Below are positions 40,427-55,890 of a stretch of 64,000 bases of DNA, in pieces (position 1 is the stretch's first letter; the number at the start of each line of letters is the position of its first letter). Origin of the DNA: the human T2T-CHM13v2.0 reference genome, Homo sapiens; assembly GCA_009914755.4 (NCBI GenBank), contig CP068257.2, positions 18,432,001 to 18,496,000 on the forward strand, given 5' to 3'. The position numbers and the translations under genes were made by a program. Under the pieces are notes generated by a model. It was not told where the DNA came from. It was given only the letters and a program-made list of their open reading frames with translations, and searched no databases.

Positions 40427-43400
40427 GCCACATTTTCTTTATCCACTCATTGGTTGATGGACATTTAGGCTGGCTTCATATTTTCGCAATTGCAAATTGT
40501 GCTGCTCCAAACATGCATGTGCAAGTGTTTTTCATATAATAACTTCTTTTCCTCTGAGTAGATATCAAGTAATGGGATTGCTAGATCAAATGGTACTTCT
40601 ACTTTCCATTCTTTAAGGAATCTCCATACTGCTATCGCTAGTGGCTGTACTAGTTTACATTCCTACTAGCAGTGTAAAAATGATCCCTTTTTGCCACATC
40701 CACTCCAACTTCTATTTTTATTTTTTATTTTTTAATTATGGCCACTCTTGCAGGAGTAAGGTAGTATTGCATTGTGGTTTTGATTTGCATTTTCCTGATA
40801 ATTAGTGGTGTTGAGCATTTTTTCATATGTTTGTTGGCCATTTATATATCTTCTTTTGAAAACTGTCTATTCATGTCCTCTGCCCACTTATTGATGGGAT
40901 TATTATTTTTTCTTGCTGATTTGTTTGACTTCATTTAGATTCTGGATATTAGTCCTTTGTTGGATGCATAGTTTGCAAATATTTTCTCCCATTCTGAGGG
41001 TTGTCTGTGTACTCTGCTGATTATTTATTTTGCTGTGTAGAAGCTTTTTAGTTTAGTTAATTTCCCATTTATTTATCTCTGTTTTTGTTGCATTTGTTTG
41101 TGGGTTCTTGGTCATGAACTCTTTCCCTAAGCCAATGTCTAGAAGAGTTTTTCCCATGTTATCTTCTAGAATTTTTATGGTTTCCGGTCTTAGATTTAAG
41201 TCTTTGATCCATCTTGAGTTGATTTTTGTATAATGTTCCATTCTTCTACAGGTGGCTTGCCAATTATCCCAGCACCGTTTGTTGAACAGGGTTGCCTTTC
41301 CCCAGTTGAAGTTTCTCGTTTGCTTTGCTGAAGATCAATTGGCTCTAAGTATTTGGCCTTATTTGAACGTTCTTTATTCTGTTCCATTGGTCTACATGTC
41401 TGTTTTTATAACAGTACCATGCCGCTTGGTAACTGCAGCCTTGTAGTATAGTTTGAAATCAGGTAATGTGATGCCTCCAGATTTGTTCTTTTTACTTAGT
41501 CTTGCTTTGGCTATGCAGGCTCTTTTTTTGTTTGTTTGTTTCATATGAATCTTAGGATTGTTTTTGCTAGTTTCCTGAAGAGTGATGACGGCATTTTGAT
41601 GGGAATTGCATTGAATGTGTAGATTGCTTTTGGCAGTATCGTCATTTTCACAGTATTGATTCCACTCATCTATGAGCATGAGATATGTTTCCCTTTGTTT
41701 GTGTCGTCTATAATTTCTTTCAGCTGTGTTTTATAGGTTTCCTTGTAGAGAGCTTTCACTTCTTTGGTTATATACATTCATAAGTAGTTTTCTTTTTTCC
41801 AAAAATACTTAAAATCCCTTTTGTAAAAGGGATTGAGTTCTTGATTTGATTCATGGATTTGTCCCTGTTGGTGTATAGCAGTGCTACTGATTTGTGTATA
41901 TTGATGTTGTATCCTGAAACTTCACCGAGTTTATTTATCAGATCGAGGGGCTTTCTGGATGAGTCTTCAGGGTTTTCCAGGTATATGTTCATATCATGAG
42001 TGAACAGCAACAGTTTGACTTCCACTTTACTGATTTGGATGCCCTTCATTTCTTTCTCTTGTCTGATTGCACTGGCTAGGACTTTTAGTACTACATTGAA
42101 TAGAAGTGGTGAAAATGGGCATCCTTGTCTTTCTTGTTCCAGTTCTCATGGGGGAAGGCTTTCAACTTTTTCCCATTCAGTATAATGTAATAGATGGCTT
42201 TTATTACCTTAAGGTATGTCCCTTCTATGACAGTTTTACTGAGGTTTTTAATCATAAAGTGAGGCTGGATTTTGTCAAATGCTTTTTCTGCCTTTGAGAT
42301 GATAATGTGATTTTTGTTTTTAATTCTGTGTATGTGGTGCATCACATTTATTGACTTGTGTATGTGAAACCAACCCTGCATCCCTAGTATAAAACCCACC
42401 TGGTCATGGTGTTGGATTCAGTTAGCTAGTATTTGGTTGATGATTTTTGCATCTATGTTCATCAGGGATATTGGCTATAGTTTTCTTTTTTTGTTATGTC
42501 CTTTCCTGGTTTTGGTATTAGGTTAATACTGGATTCATAAAAAGGTTTAAGGAGAATTCCATATTTCTCTATCTTTTGGAGTAATTTCAGTAGGATTGTT
42601 ACCAATTCTTCTTTGAATATTTGATGGAATTTAGTTGTGAATCCATCTGGTCCTGGACTATTTTTTGTGGGCAATTTATTTATTACTATTTCAATCTCAC
42701 AACTTGTTATTGGTCTGTTCAGAGTTTCTATTTCTTCCTGGTTTAATCTGAGAAGATTGTATATTTCCAGGAGTTTATTCATCTCCTCTTGGTTTTCTAG
42801 TTTGTGTGCATGAAGGTGTTCACAGGAGCCTTGAATAATCATTTGTATTTCTATGGTGTCAGTTGTAATATTTCTCATTTCATTTTCATTTAGCTTATTT
42901 GGATCTTCTCTCTTCTTATCTTGGTTAATCTCGCTAATGGTCTCTGGATTGTGTTTATCTTTTCAAAGAACCAACTTTTTGTTTCAATTATCTTTTTTGT
43001 TGTTGTTGTTGTTTCAATTTCATTTAGCTCTGCTCTGCTCTTCATTATTTATTTTGTTCTGCTGGGTTTGGATTGTTCTTGTTTCTTCAGTTCCATAAGG
43101 TATGACCTTAGATTGTCTATTTGTGCTCTTTCAGACCTTTTGATATAGGCATTTAATGCTATGGACTTTCCTCTTAGCACCACTTTTGCTGTATTCCAGA
43201 GGTTTTGATAGTTTGTATCACTATTCTCATTTAGTTCCAAGAATTTTTTTATTTCCTTCTTGATTTCATTGTTGACCCAACCATCATTCAGGAGTAGATT
43301 ATTTAATTTCCATGTATTTGCATGGTTTTGAGGGTTCCTTTTGGAGTGGATTTCCAATTTTGTTTCACTGTGCTTTGAGAGAGTACTTGATATAATTTCA

Positions 43401-46400
43401 ATTTTCTTAAATTTATTGAGACTTGTTTTGTGGCCTGTTAAGCAGTCTATCTTGGAAAATGTTCCATATGCTGATGAAAAGAATGTATACTCTGCAGTTG
43501 TTGGGTAGAATGTTCTGTAAACATCCATTAAGTCCATTTGTTCTAGGGTATAGTTTAAGTCCATTGTTTCTTTGTTAACTTTCTGTCTTGATGACCTGTC
43601 TATTGTTGTCAGTGGGGTACTGACATCCCTGCAACTATTATTGTGTTGCCATCTATCTCATTCCTTATGTTCAGAATAATTGTTTTAGAAATTTGGGAGC
43701 CCTGGTATTTGGTGCATATATATTTATGATTGTGATATTTTTCTGTTGGAATAATCCTTTTATCATTATGTAATGTCCCTCTTTGTTTTTTACGGTTGTT
43801 GCTTTAAAGTCTATGTTGTCTGATGTAAGAGTAGCTATTCCTGCTTGTTTTTGGTATCCATTTGCATCGAATATCTTTTCCACCTGTGTATCTTAAGTTT
43901 ATGTGACTCCATATGTGTTAGGTGAGTCTCTTGAAGACAGCAGATACTTGGTTGGTGGATTTTTTTTTTTTTTATCCATTCTACCATTATGTATATTTTA
44001 AGTGGATCATTTAGGCCATTACATTCAATGTTAATATTGAGATTTGAAGTACTGTTCTATTCATCATGCTGGTTGTTGCTGCTTGAATACTTTTTTTCAT
44101 TGCGTTATTGTTTTATAGGCCCTGTGAGATTTATGTTTTAAGGTGGTCCTATTGTCATGTATTTTGAGGTTTTATTTCAAGACATAGAACTCTTTTTATC
44201 ATTTCTTGCAGTGCTGGCTTTGCAGTCGTAAATTGTCTCAACATTTGTTTGTTTGAAAAAGATTTTATCTCTCCTTCATTTATAAGGCTTAGTTTCAATA
44301 AATACAAAGTTCTTGGCTGATAGTTATTTTGTTTAAGGAGGCTAAAAATAATACCCCAATCTTTTTTGGCTTGTAGGGCATCTTTTGAAAAATCTGCTGT
44401 TAACCTGATAGGTTTTCCTTTATAGACTACCTGATACTTTTGCCTCATAGCTCTTAAGATTCTTTCCTTCATCTTGACTTTAGATAACCTGATAACTATG
44501 TGCAAAGGTGATGATCTTTTTGTGATTAATTTCCTAGGTGTTCTTTGAGCCTCTTTTATTTGGATGTCTGGATATCTAGTGAGGCCAGGAAAGTTTTCCT
44601 TAATTATTTCCTCGAATAAATTTTCCACACATTTAGATTTCTCTTCTTCCTCAGGACATCAGTTATTCTTATGTTTGGTCATTTAACATAATCCCAATTT
44701 TCTTGGAGTCTTTATTTATTAAAAAATTTTTTTGTCTTTGTCAGATTGGGTTAATTTGAAAGTCCTTGTCTTTGAGCTCTGAAGTTCTTTCTTCTGCTTG
44801 CCCAATTCTATTGTTGAAACTTTCCAGTGTATTTTGCATTTCTCTAAGTGTGTCTCTCATTTATATAAGTTGTAACTTTTTATGATATCTATTTCTCTGG
44901 AGCCTTTTTCATCCATATTCTGTTTTTTTTTTTAAATTCTTTAAGTTGGTTTTCTCCTTTCTCTGGTACCTCTTGGAGTAGCTTAATAATCAAGCTTCTG
45001 AATTGCTTATCTGGCAATTCAGAGATTTCTTGTTTGTTTGGACCCATTGCTGGAGAGCTAGTGTGATCTTCTGGGGTTGTTATAGACCCTTGTTTTGTCA
45101 TATTACGAGAATTGTTTTTCTGGTTCCTTCTCATTTAGGTAGACTCTTTCAGTGGAAAGATCTGAAATTCAAGGGCTGCTGTTCAGATTTTTTTTGTCCC
45201 ACTGGTGATCCCTTGAGGTGGTACTCTCCCCTTTCCTCTAGTGATGGGGCTTACTGACAGCTGGACTGCAGTGATTGTTATTGCCCCTCTGGGTCTAGCC
45301 ACCCAGTTGGGTTATCAGGCTCTGGGCTAGTGCTGAGTAATGGCTGCAAAGAATCCTGTGATGTAATCCATCTTCAGGTCTTCCAGCCATGGATATTAGC
45401 AACTGCTCCAGTGAAGGTGGGAGGGGAGTGAAGTGGATTCTGTGGGAGTCCTTGGTTGTTGTTTTGTTTAGTGTGGAGTTTTACTTGAATTCTGGTTATT
45501 TTAGCAGTGAGGTTGTCATGTGGACAGACTTAGGATCTCTGGTTAGTCAAGGTGTTGCAGGTGGTAGAATTAACTGTTGTTTTCTCCTTCTTTGGAGCAG
45601 GATTGTTCCATTTTGAGTCATCATAATGGCTTGAGTTGGTTGGCCTGCAACCAGGAGGTAGCACTTTCAAGAGAGCACCAGCTGTAGTAGTCAAAGGGGA
45701 ATATAAGCTTGTCCTAGGTTGGCTAGAATCAGTATTCGGGTTTTTCAAGTGATGGGCAGGGCCATAGAGCTCCCAAGAGTTTATGTCTTTTGTCATCGGC
45801 TACCAGGTCAGGTAGAGAAAAACCATCAGGTGCAGGCCATTAGGTGGTTCTGAGCTCAGACTCTCCTTGGGCCAGGATTGCTGTAGCCATTCTGGGTGTG
45901 GAGAGTGGTACTCAGATCAATGGAGTTATGTTCCCAGGGGGATTATGGCTGCTTCTGCTGCATCATACAAGTCACCAGGGAAGTGGGGGGAAACTGGCAG
46001 TGACAGGCCTCACCCAGCATCCATGCAACCAAGAAGGCCAGTCTTACTTTCCCCATGCCCCATCAGTAGCATCGAGTTTATATTCAGGCAGCCAGTGAGC
46101 AGGGCTGAGATTTTGCCCCAGGCTACAAGACTCCCGGATGAGAAAGCAAGCTGGGCTTTCAGGCCTCATCCCTCCCCACTTCTGGCACCACTGGCTGTGG
46201 CATCTAAACTTGTATGTGCATTTCCCATTTGCACCCCCTTGATTCTGCTCAGGAAAATTCATGCTCAGTCCAAATTATTACAAAATTCAGCTAAAAACTT
46301 CCATCATCTGGTGGTACCTTCCCAGTTCTGATGGCTGCCTTCCCCAAGGACCCCTATGAGTTAAAGCTTCCCTGGGCTAGAGCTGGGGACCAGGAGTGCC

Positions 46401-46650
46401 TACAGAGTTCATCCCGCTGCTTCTACTTTTATATTTCACTTGGCTCCCTAAGTCTGTTTCAGCTCTAGGTAAGGTTAAATCCTTCTCCCATGATCTGAGC
46501 TGTCTTGTGGAGTTTGCAGTAGCAAACTGCTTTTTTTAGAGGGTTCGTGAATTCTTTCAGTTTTCACGGTACTTCATATGGTGGTTCTTGAAGCAAAAGT
46601 TCACAATGTGAATCTCCACACGCTGTTCTGTACGTCCAAGAGTGAGATGC
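40427..46650 (-). mobile_element. Near-full-length, degenerate older L1 (L1PA-old or L1PB-type) in minus orientation, with ORF2, ORF1 and 5'UTR. The canonical 3'UTR and poly(A) are missing or replaced by microsatellite. The right (5') boundary is approximate.
   Basis: Minus-strand ORF fragments run in L1 order from left to right. They cover the ORF2 C-terminus (41053-41241 ..[11 protein letters not shown]..), the RT region (42091-42399 [17 protein letters not shown]..; 42462-42878 ..[12 protein letters not shown]..), the EN domain (43049-43564, 43671-43883 ..HYIMIKGLFQQKNITIINIYAPNTRAPKF), the ORF1p C-terminus (44155-44628 ..KGKPIRLTADFS..QAKKDWG..) and the ORF1p N-terminus (44889-45134). 45135 to about 46650 is L1 5'UTR-like; the ORFs there are spurious. 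Confidence 0.88.
44155..45134 (-). pseudogene. L1 ORF1p remnant (frameshifted)
   Basis: ENFPGLTRYPDIQIKEAQRTPRKL..RLSKVKMKERILRAMRQKYQVVYKGKPIRLTADFSKDALQAKKDWGIIFSLLKQNNYQPRTLY compares with L1 ORF1p ..NFPNLARQANIQIQEIQRTPQRY..KGKPIRLTADLSAETLQARREWGPIFNILKEKNFQPRISYPAKLSF. Confidence 0.85.
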
Positions 46651-47783
46651 ACATTTGTCCTGTCTCCTATCCATCATTCTATTTTTTCCAAAACCAGAAA
46701 ACACCATCAACTTGATGTGTGTGACATATGTGAAAATAAGTCATGTGATATTGGCTGATTGGGAATGGGTCCAATAGATTTTATAGATTGATGGAAATAT
46801 TCTACATCTTTATAGGAGTGGTAGTTACAGTTACTTAAGTAAATATATTTATAAAATCTATCAAGTTAAATAAGATTTGTGCATTTTATTGATTTTTATA
46901 TCTCATTAAAAATAAAATGACATGAAAGCATAAACTCAACAACAAAAACTGTATCTGGTTACCTTCGTACAATGTTTTTATCAGTAAACAGAGGTAGAAT
47001 AAAAATAGCTTACAATAGCACAACTGTTTTCAGCAGACCTGTGTTTGAGACCTAGTTTTGCCACATGCTCCCGATATGGCTTTGAGAAAAGTAATTAACT
47101 TCTCCAATTAATTACTCTTAGCTTTGCCATCTATAAGGTAAGAATAATGAAAGTTCCTATCTCACAGAGTTGTAATACTTAAATAAAGGGGCAAAGAACA
47201 TTTACCTGTGCATGGCATATAAAAAGAGGACAATAAAAGTCCCAACACTATCTTTGCTTCCAAATTTAAGACAAGAATATTAGATTTAGCTGAAAACTGT
47301 CATATCTTTAAATGTTTAAATAGTTATTAGTTAAAATTAATTGAGATATTCTGAGTACTACAGCAAAATTTTATTTAAAAAATTCAACAAAATATATTAG
47401 AATAGAATCATAATCACAAATATAATTGAAATAACATAGTACCTAGAAGCATTAATCTTCTTGAAGTCTATTTCATAATAATGAAAAGCTGCCAAGACCC
47501 ATATTTTATTTCACCCTTATCAAATTCTCAATATTTTCAATGTTTTTCACGTCGCTCAAAATGATGGAGTTTGAGTTCTATTTTGTTAAGGCAGAGCACA
47601 GGGCATAGTCTCTGTCACCAAGCGAATCTAATAGTAAAAAGAATCAATGTATCCTCAACACTTTATTATTTCCCATAAAACATTGCATTTCTCAGAGAAT
47701 TTAGTTTATTCAAATATGAAAAAATACTACGTAATAAAATTTAAAGAATTATTTTAAAAATAAATGCATTAAATTCTTTCACT

Positions 47784-48080
47784 TTTTTTTTTTTTTATTT
47801 TTGAGACAGAGTCTCACTCTGTCGCCCGGGCCGGAGTCCAGTGGTGCGATCTCGGCTAACTGCAACCTCTGCCTCCGGGGTTCAAGCAATTCTCTGCCTC
47901 AGCCTCCTGAGTAGCTGGGATTATAGGTGCCTGCCACCACGCCTGACTAATTTTTGTATTTTTAGTAGAGACGGAGTTTCACCATGTTGGCCAGGCTGGT
48001 CTTGAACTCCTGACCTCATGATCCACCTGCCTCAGCCTCCCAAAGTGCTGGGATTACAGGCGTGAGCCACCATGCACCGC
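47784..48080 (-). mobile_element. Alu (AluS-type), minus orientation
   Basis: poly(T) then gagacagagtctcactctgtcgcccgggccggagtccagtggtgcgatctcggctaactgcaacctctgcctcc..caggcgtgagccaccatgcaccgc. Confidence 0.93.
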
Positions 48081-49212
48081 TTAGTTTATCTCACTACCTG
48101 GGTGATGTGATCATTCATACACCAAACCTCAGTGACCTATAATTTCCCCATGTAACAAATCTGTATATGTATCCCATGAGCCTAAAATCAAGTTAGAAAA
48201 GATAAATAAAATCTAATAAAAATCATTTTAAAAGTATACTTTACAAGCTACAAAAGTATCTTCATATTTGTTTTATGATTTCCAGGGGAAGAAAGTTAGA
48301 TAATGAAGAATGAAATAATTTGAAAAAGTTTTTTGGTAAATGTTAAAAAAATAATAATTACATTTCACAGTTTCAGTATATGGAAAAATTTATTTTGACT
48401 CCATAGCATTTTCATTTAAATGCTTTGAAAAACAAACTCAAAATATGTTTTAAATTGTTGATGATTTCAAATATTACAGGAATAGAAACTTTAACTTAAC
48501 ACAGAATGATTATCTGGCTTCCTTCTGTAAAATATCTTAAAGGTTAATGTGGATTTGAATTGCACAACATTCCAAATGCTTCTCCCCTTTTAAAAAGAAT
48601 AGTCTTATCTTTTAAAAAGAATACTCTTATCTTTTATTTTTCTTATGCAAGAGCAAAAATAAGGAAAAAATATATTATTCAGGAGAATCATGGCAACAAT
48701 TTAAGGAAGACAAAACCAGTCTTTAGCAACCAGTATACATATATATCATCTTTTTTTCTGCTTTAGGGTAGGTTGCTTCTATCACCAACCTGTTCCAAAT
48801 CCTCCTCTTACATGCACCATTAAAACATACTCTTTCAAAAACGAGGTGATAAAATCACAAATATCAATCTATCGTTTAGAAGAAGGTACCTTTATTTTAC
48901 CTTAAAGGAATTTGATATATAATGGAGAAAAGAAAATTACTTTCTAATTTCCAAGACTCAAAAAGTGTCTTGGGGAATATCTCTGTCCTTGTTTGTTTAT
49001 TTTAAGGCTGATGGCCTTTTCAGAATTCCCAAAATGATAATAAGTAAAAGTATCTACTATTATGACTACATTTAGATTACATGTCAATACACAATGAATC
49101 ATTGTCACATTTACGGATAAGTTATAGGTCCAGTTTTGTGGTCGTATTAAAGAGAATAAAGTTAAATTAAGTAAATTTGAAAGTTTGTTAATCTTTTTTC
49201 ATGGTGACAAAT

Positions 49213-49560
49213 GTCTTAGTCCATTTGGACTGCTATAATAAAATAGCATAAACTGTGTGGCTTATGAACAACAATTTATTTTCTCACAGTTCTGGGAGCT
49301 GGAAAGTCTAAGATCAAGGTGCTTACAGATTCAGCATCCAGTGAAAGCTAATTCCTCATAAATGGAATTTTCTTGCTTCATCCTCACATGATGAAAGGGG
49401 CAAACAAGCTCTGTTGGGCCTCTTTTCTAGGGGCACTAATTCCATTCATCAGGGCTCCACCCTTATGATGTAGTCACTTCCCAAAGTTCCCACCAATTAA
49501 TACTATCATATAAGATTAGATTTCAACCTAGGAATTTTGGGTGACACAAACATTTAAAAA
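49213..49560 (+). mobile_element. Second copy of the MaLR (MLT1-like) ancient LTR-type repeat. Family tentative.
   Basis: tcttagtccatttggactgctataataaaatagcataaactgtgtggcttatgaacaacaatttattttctcacagttctgggagctggaaagtctaagatcaaggtg..gggcactaattccattcatcagggctccacccttatgatg..caccaattaatactatcatat..tttcaacctaggaattttgggtgacacaaacatt has the same architecture as 9842-10242. Confidence 0.4.
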
Positions 49561-52446
49561 TGTAGCAATCAATATGTTTAATTAAGTTGTTCTAACGATT
49601 TCTTTCTTATACAAACTTCATATCTGAAGATACATACTTTGAATAGTAGTCCTTATTATACAGATTAACTAATGGTCACTGTGTCAGTTAAAACATAAGT
49701 AGTGTTGTAATAAAAAAAAGTATTTAAAATCCTTGGTTACAGAAATAAATTTATTTCTTGCTCATGTTCAGGTTAATTATAGATTGGCTGTAGGCCTTCT
49801 CTATGTCATCTGCACTCCAGAACGCAGATTGACCAGGCAGCCTCTCTCTGAATATCTTTGAAATGGGAAAAGAAAAATGGAGCATCACACATAGCTATCA
49901 AAGTTCATGCACATAACATGGAAATCCTGAGTTCAACATAGATTTAAGGATTTAAAGAGTCAAGGATTTCAGTAATCCCTCTACAGAGTCAGTCATGAAA
50001 CAAAGAAAATCACAATATTTGGAAACAAAATTACATCCACTACAGTACTTTAGCAATCATGTTGTTTTATTTCACTTTGTTTATAAATGAGGAAATTAGT
50101 CTTAAAAAACAAAAGCAACTTGTCCACATAACAGTTATTTAATCATAGTGTCTGTCCCAACATGAAAATAAAATCATAGTTTTCTTTCTTTCAAGATTAG
50201 TAAACATAAACAGAAATGTTACTAGAAATTCTCCACCGTGTTTTTGCAACAGAAGGAAGAAGGGAAAGCTAGACAAAGCAGATGGCAAAACATGTGTCTT
50301 ATGGTCTCATCTATTATTAAATAAATTATTGATAGCAATATATTCACCATGAATTTATTTATATATTGAATGGATAGCCTCTACTTCTTTCCATGACTAA
50401 AATAATTATTTTCATAGAAGAATAGATTCTAAGAAGAAAGAAATAATATTTTGGGGGAAACCCTATGTTTGTATTCAAAGTGAATTTATAAATACTTTCT
50501 GAAAATCTTTCAACCTTTTAATCTATCTAAGCTCTATAACTGATCCAAGGGCAGATATATCTTTTGAGTTTCTCCATTTTTCCAACTTATAATGAATTAA
50601 AATAGTGATTCATACTGTTATTTAACTCTTTAATGTGTCACTGTCATGCATTCATAGGGAAGTAGATTTCATTACCTATAAATAAAGGACCATGATTCCA
50701 TTCAGCCGTGAACATCAAATAGGCAAGTAATAGATATTCCATAAATGCCTAACGATAGACTGTGCATTAGAAAAAAAATCATTTTATACTATGAATAGCT
50801 GAAAATACTGGTTAGCCCTGTAGAGGGAATAATAAAATTTATTACTCTCAAAACTGCTCAATATTTATGACCTTTCATATGAAGCATTTGTTTAAAATTT
50901 TTAGAAAAATTGAATGAAAAAATAAAAAGATGAGTTTTTTTTTCCTTTTGTATGGAGGTTAATGAGTTAGTGAAAGCTCATTACAATAGGCTTGGTAACA
51001 TGAATTTGAACTCAATGCTGCAAAAATTAATAGTATAAACCTGGTGAAGTCTTTAATTCTCTTGTTTTAGGTTCCTCATTGATATAATAAAGGAACTAAA
51101 CTAAATTACAATTGACTTTTTCTTTCCATATTTCAAAAGTATAGAGTAAGAATACTAGCATGTTTTACTGTTGCTATGCAAGCAATACCACCGTAATTGG
51201 GTTTTGCAATGAAAAGTTAATGTAAAATAAGAAATAATATACCATTATCCAATATAATGATGAGCAGTGTTTTTATGAGTGCTTATCTTAATTTTGTTCT
51301 ATTTTATAATGTAATATTATGAGCAGCCTATATAAACACATAGTGAAATATCCAATGATAAGGCATAGTCTCTATATTTTTGGCAAATATATATTTAAGT
51401 CAAAAAGCATTTACAGGCAAGAAATATGAAATCCATTAAAATCCATTTGATAGGAATTTTATTATGTACATGTCACACAATAAGCACTTTCTCCCATACC
51501 ACCTTATTTACCCAGACCTGTTATTCAGCATACTATAGCACCACAAACAAACCTGCTGGGCTCTCTCTCCTATCTTTTGAGAAAAATATTTTAAATTTTG
51601 GCAACCTCAGCTATTCCTGTCAATGTCAATCTAATAACATGTTTGTGAGCAAGTTAATACTCCATTCATAATAAACAACCCAGTTTGCACATTCACTTGA
51701 TACCTCATTATCAGATTTCATTTTCTGCCAGAACCCAGTATCACGCTAAGATGTTTCTCCAAAGAATATTTATCTATAAAAAAAGAACATGATTTACTTC
51801 CATACCTAGGGAGTAAACTCCCTATACTGTGATTTACTGATGGAGCTCCCTAGAGCTCATTAGAGCCAACTCTTTGATACAAATCTTTTGAATGTTGTTT
51901 GTTCACCTCTTTTTTAAAGTACAAAGGGCAAAACATCTGCCTCCATCTTCTAGATATACTTCAGAGCTTCATTTGCTCTAGGCTGTACTCAAACCTGGCA
52001 GCCTTCCTGACTACCCAGTAAAAGTGCCAGAGTAGCTTACTCAAACATGGAATGTGGCCTCCAGAATCCAAAGAGGCCAGTCAAGTGCTTCCATATTAAT
52101 GACACACAATGCAAAGTGCAGTAATTTTCCATTACAGAGAAAATATCCTAACAAGCTCTTGCTCACAGGATGACTGGAAACTTTCCAAGAGAGAAGATCC
52201 CTGAATGTCTTTTGTGTTTCTCTCTCAAGCTCTATCTTATATATATGTTAGCAAAGCATCTAGTTTTTTATTTCCTTCTCTCTCCAGGCTCAGTGTCAAC
52301 CAAGTAGTGAAACAGTGTGATAATGGGCAGGATTTTAGGAAGATTGGGTTTTTTCACAGACTAGCCTATGCCAGACTACAGAATCGACATAGAACTGCAG
52401 TACAAAATTGAAGCTACACTGTTGTTACCAGGTAAAAGTGAACTGC

Positions 52447-52770
<324 letters not shown>

Positions 52771-55016
52771 TCACTATAGACATTACTAGTATTTCCTAGA
52801 TCAATAACCACATGTCTGGTCATGGGGTATTCTTGACTAGCTTCTATGGTTAATCTGCTTCCAAGGTTAATCTGCTTTCTTTTTAAGTGATTTAGTTTGA
52901 GATAGGATAGAAATCATCAAACTTTGACAACAGTTTAAAATTCCTGGCACATATCTCTTGAAAATAAATATCATATTATTTTCCATTCATTTTAAGTGCT
53001 TGTTTAACAGAGACGTGATAAACTCAATAGAGGGTTTTGGTGGGCATGTTATGTTATCATTATCCAAATTTAAGGAGAATCTTCAACAATAAATTATTCA
53101 CAACTGAGGCATATAAAAAAAACACGCTATTATTGTGCCAACGTGCATAAATATATATTAAATTTGTAAACCTAATTATATTTGGATTTTTAACCCCTAG
53201 TGCTAAAAATCAGTTACCATTTGAATCTGAATCTGTCCTTTTATTTCTTTTTGAAAGCCTTAAATAGTACTGAATTCCATTTCCTATTTAGTAAAGACAT
53301 GCATTCTATTATTGTAATGTTTGTTTTGTTTGTTGCTTTTCCTTATAGTAATGACATGCCAGCCTCCATGTAACTTCTTGAATTCTTAAGTTGGAAACAC
53401 TTGTATTTGAAATAAAATTCTTAGGTGTATAACCAAATTCCTGATATTTAAAGGATGTGCAGGCTTAGATAAGGTATTTACTATTTTTAAAACCCTCTGC
53501 ATTAGTAAAAGGGTAGTAATAAGAAAAAAGTAGAGTTACTAACAAAGGAGTTATTCAGACTGACAATATAACACATAAAGTCCATAGGTTATGTGTCGTT
53601 AATACCAGATATGGATTCTGGCTTTCCTAATCATTTTCTATAGAAGCATTTATAGTCACAAAGATGGGACTCAGTGGGAATGAGCCAATTCAGGTCAAAA
53701 GGGTATTCGAATACATCTATAACCATTGATAATTTTTTATAACATGTATTTCTTAGGTATTTTTTGTAACTATAATTGCAACTATATATAATAGTATTTT
53801 ATGCACAATAGTGTAGACATAACAGGATTTTGGGTTATTTCCCCAAACTTACTAGCAAAATTACCATTTTCCTACAAGTCATATGTCTTTCATTAGTGGG
53901 TAGGTCACTAGAGGCCAATGAAGAAAAAACACAGGAGTCTATCTATAAAGAGACTTAACCATATCTAGCAAGCTAATAACAAACTTTATTAATGCAGGCT
54001 TCCTAGTGTCATGTTGGATCACAGCCGATTTCTCTCCTGTGAACGTAGCACAATGGTGACTCCCAATTTATCTCATGCTAATTTAACCACGTGACATACA
54101 TGTTTATTTTAATTTGTGTCCCTTTAACTGGGAGTCAGTTACTGTAAGATCAAGTTTGTCATAGTTTAGAATGGCTATAATGATTTCATAAATATTGTAC
54201 TCCAGCACACCTAGCCACTGACCGTTTAAGTATATCAGATCCCCCTGCAATCAATATGCCAATGAGTTCTTTCTAACTGAATGGCTATGATCTCCTTGAG
54301 AGTTGTTGGCAAGCAGAATGCCCTGTAGCCCTGTTTAGTAATATACATACACCACTTACATATTGCTTCATAATCTTTTCAGCTGACTCCTGAGTGTTGT
54401 CAGTATTCTAGTGGAACACCCCTATGAGTGTCCCAAACTAGGTTAAAAAGTTCTTCTCATTATCAGGGGTAAGAGTTCAGAGAAACCAAGTCATAAGACC
54501 CAAAATGCCTTTTGCACACTGAAGCCATCAAATTGGAATCTGTGCAGCTTATACCATCACAAATGCTGCTGCCACTGAGTGCTTGAAGCATGCATACAAT
54601 TCAAGAATACTGTAAAAGTGTCCAAAAGAGTGTGCCTTCTGGATATTTTAGATTCAGCATATTCAACTCCTATGGTCGTTCGCTCTGAATATGACAAAGG
54701 CTTCTCATAATCATTCTAAGTATGAATCATTAATTATATTAACTGATTATATCATATTAATTATCACCCCGTTGGACATTATTCTGCTTACAAAAAGTTA
54801 TGATTACATATTATTCTACCCACTTTCAGGTTTGGTGCTTGACTGCTTTGAGTAACAGCAAAGTGGCCTCTGAAATACAAATGTGTCTACTTTTATCCCA
54901 ACAGGCTATCTTCATACACAGCATCAGAGTAATTCAGCTACTCATTGTCAACTGACTGCCACATACATGGTCTGATGCAAAGATAGAATTTATTTCAAGG
55001 TTAAAAAAGAATAAAT

Positions 55017-55428
<412 letters not shown>

Positions 55429-55890
55429 TCAACACAAACCATGACTCTGAATCACAATAATGAGAAACAGACAGGGGTTTACTTTTCCTACACTGGAAAC
55501 TTTCTTGGGAAATGAGTGAGATTGCATTCTTTTTTATCATGTTTACTCATTTGATTTACTCATTATTTTTACACTCGACATTAATGATGAGACATTTATG
55601 CACATTGAAAAGTGTTTGTTGCACTAATGAACAACTTGAATATTGAATGATGTAGAAAATTTAATTTCCAATTTTATGGTTAATCAAGAACATTTTTGCT
55701 GTAAATTCTACATAAATTTGGAGGTATATGTCTGTACATCCATATACTCAAAATATAATTTTAAGTAGATAAATTGTTTCTTGAATTTGAATATGTTTTA
55801 TCTTATAAACTATATTAGATCTAAATTATTGTGTCAAAGTCCCAAAGACATACTTTTTGATTAAGCATGTTATTTAGTTCTAAAGTCATA

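Noticed and set aside
45844-46331. A 154-aa and an 84-aa plus-strand ORF.
   Set aside because: They fall in the 5'UTR-like region of the minus-strand old L1, have no domain signature, and are chance ORFs on the antisense of a GC-richer L1 5' region.
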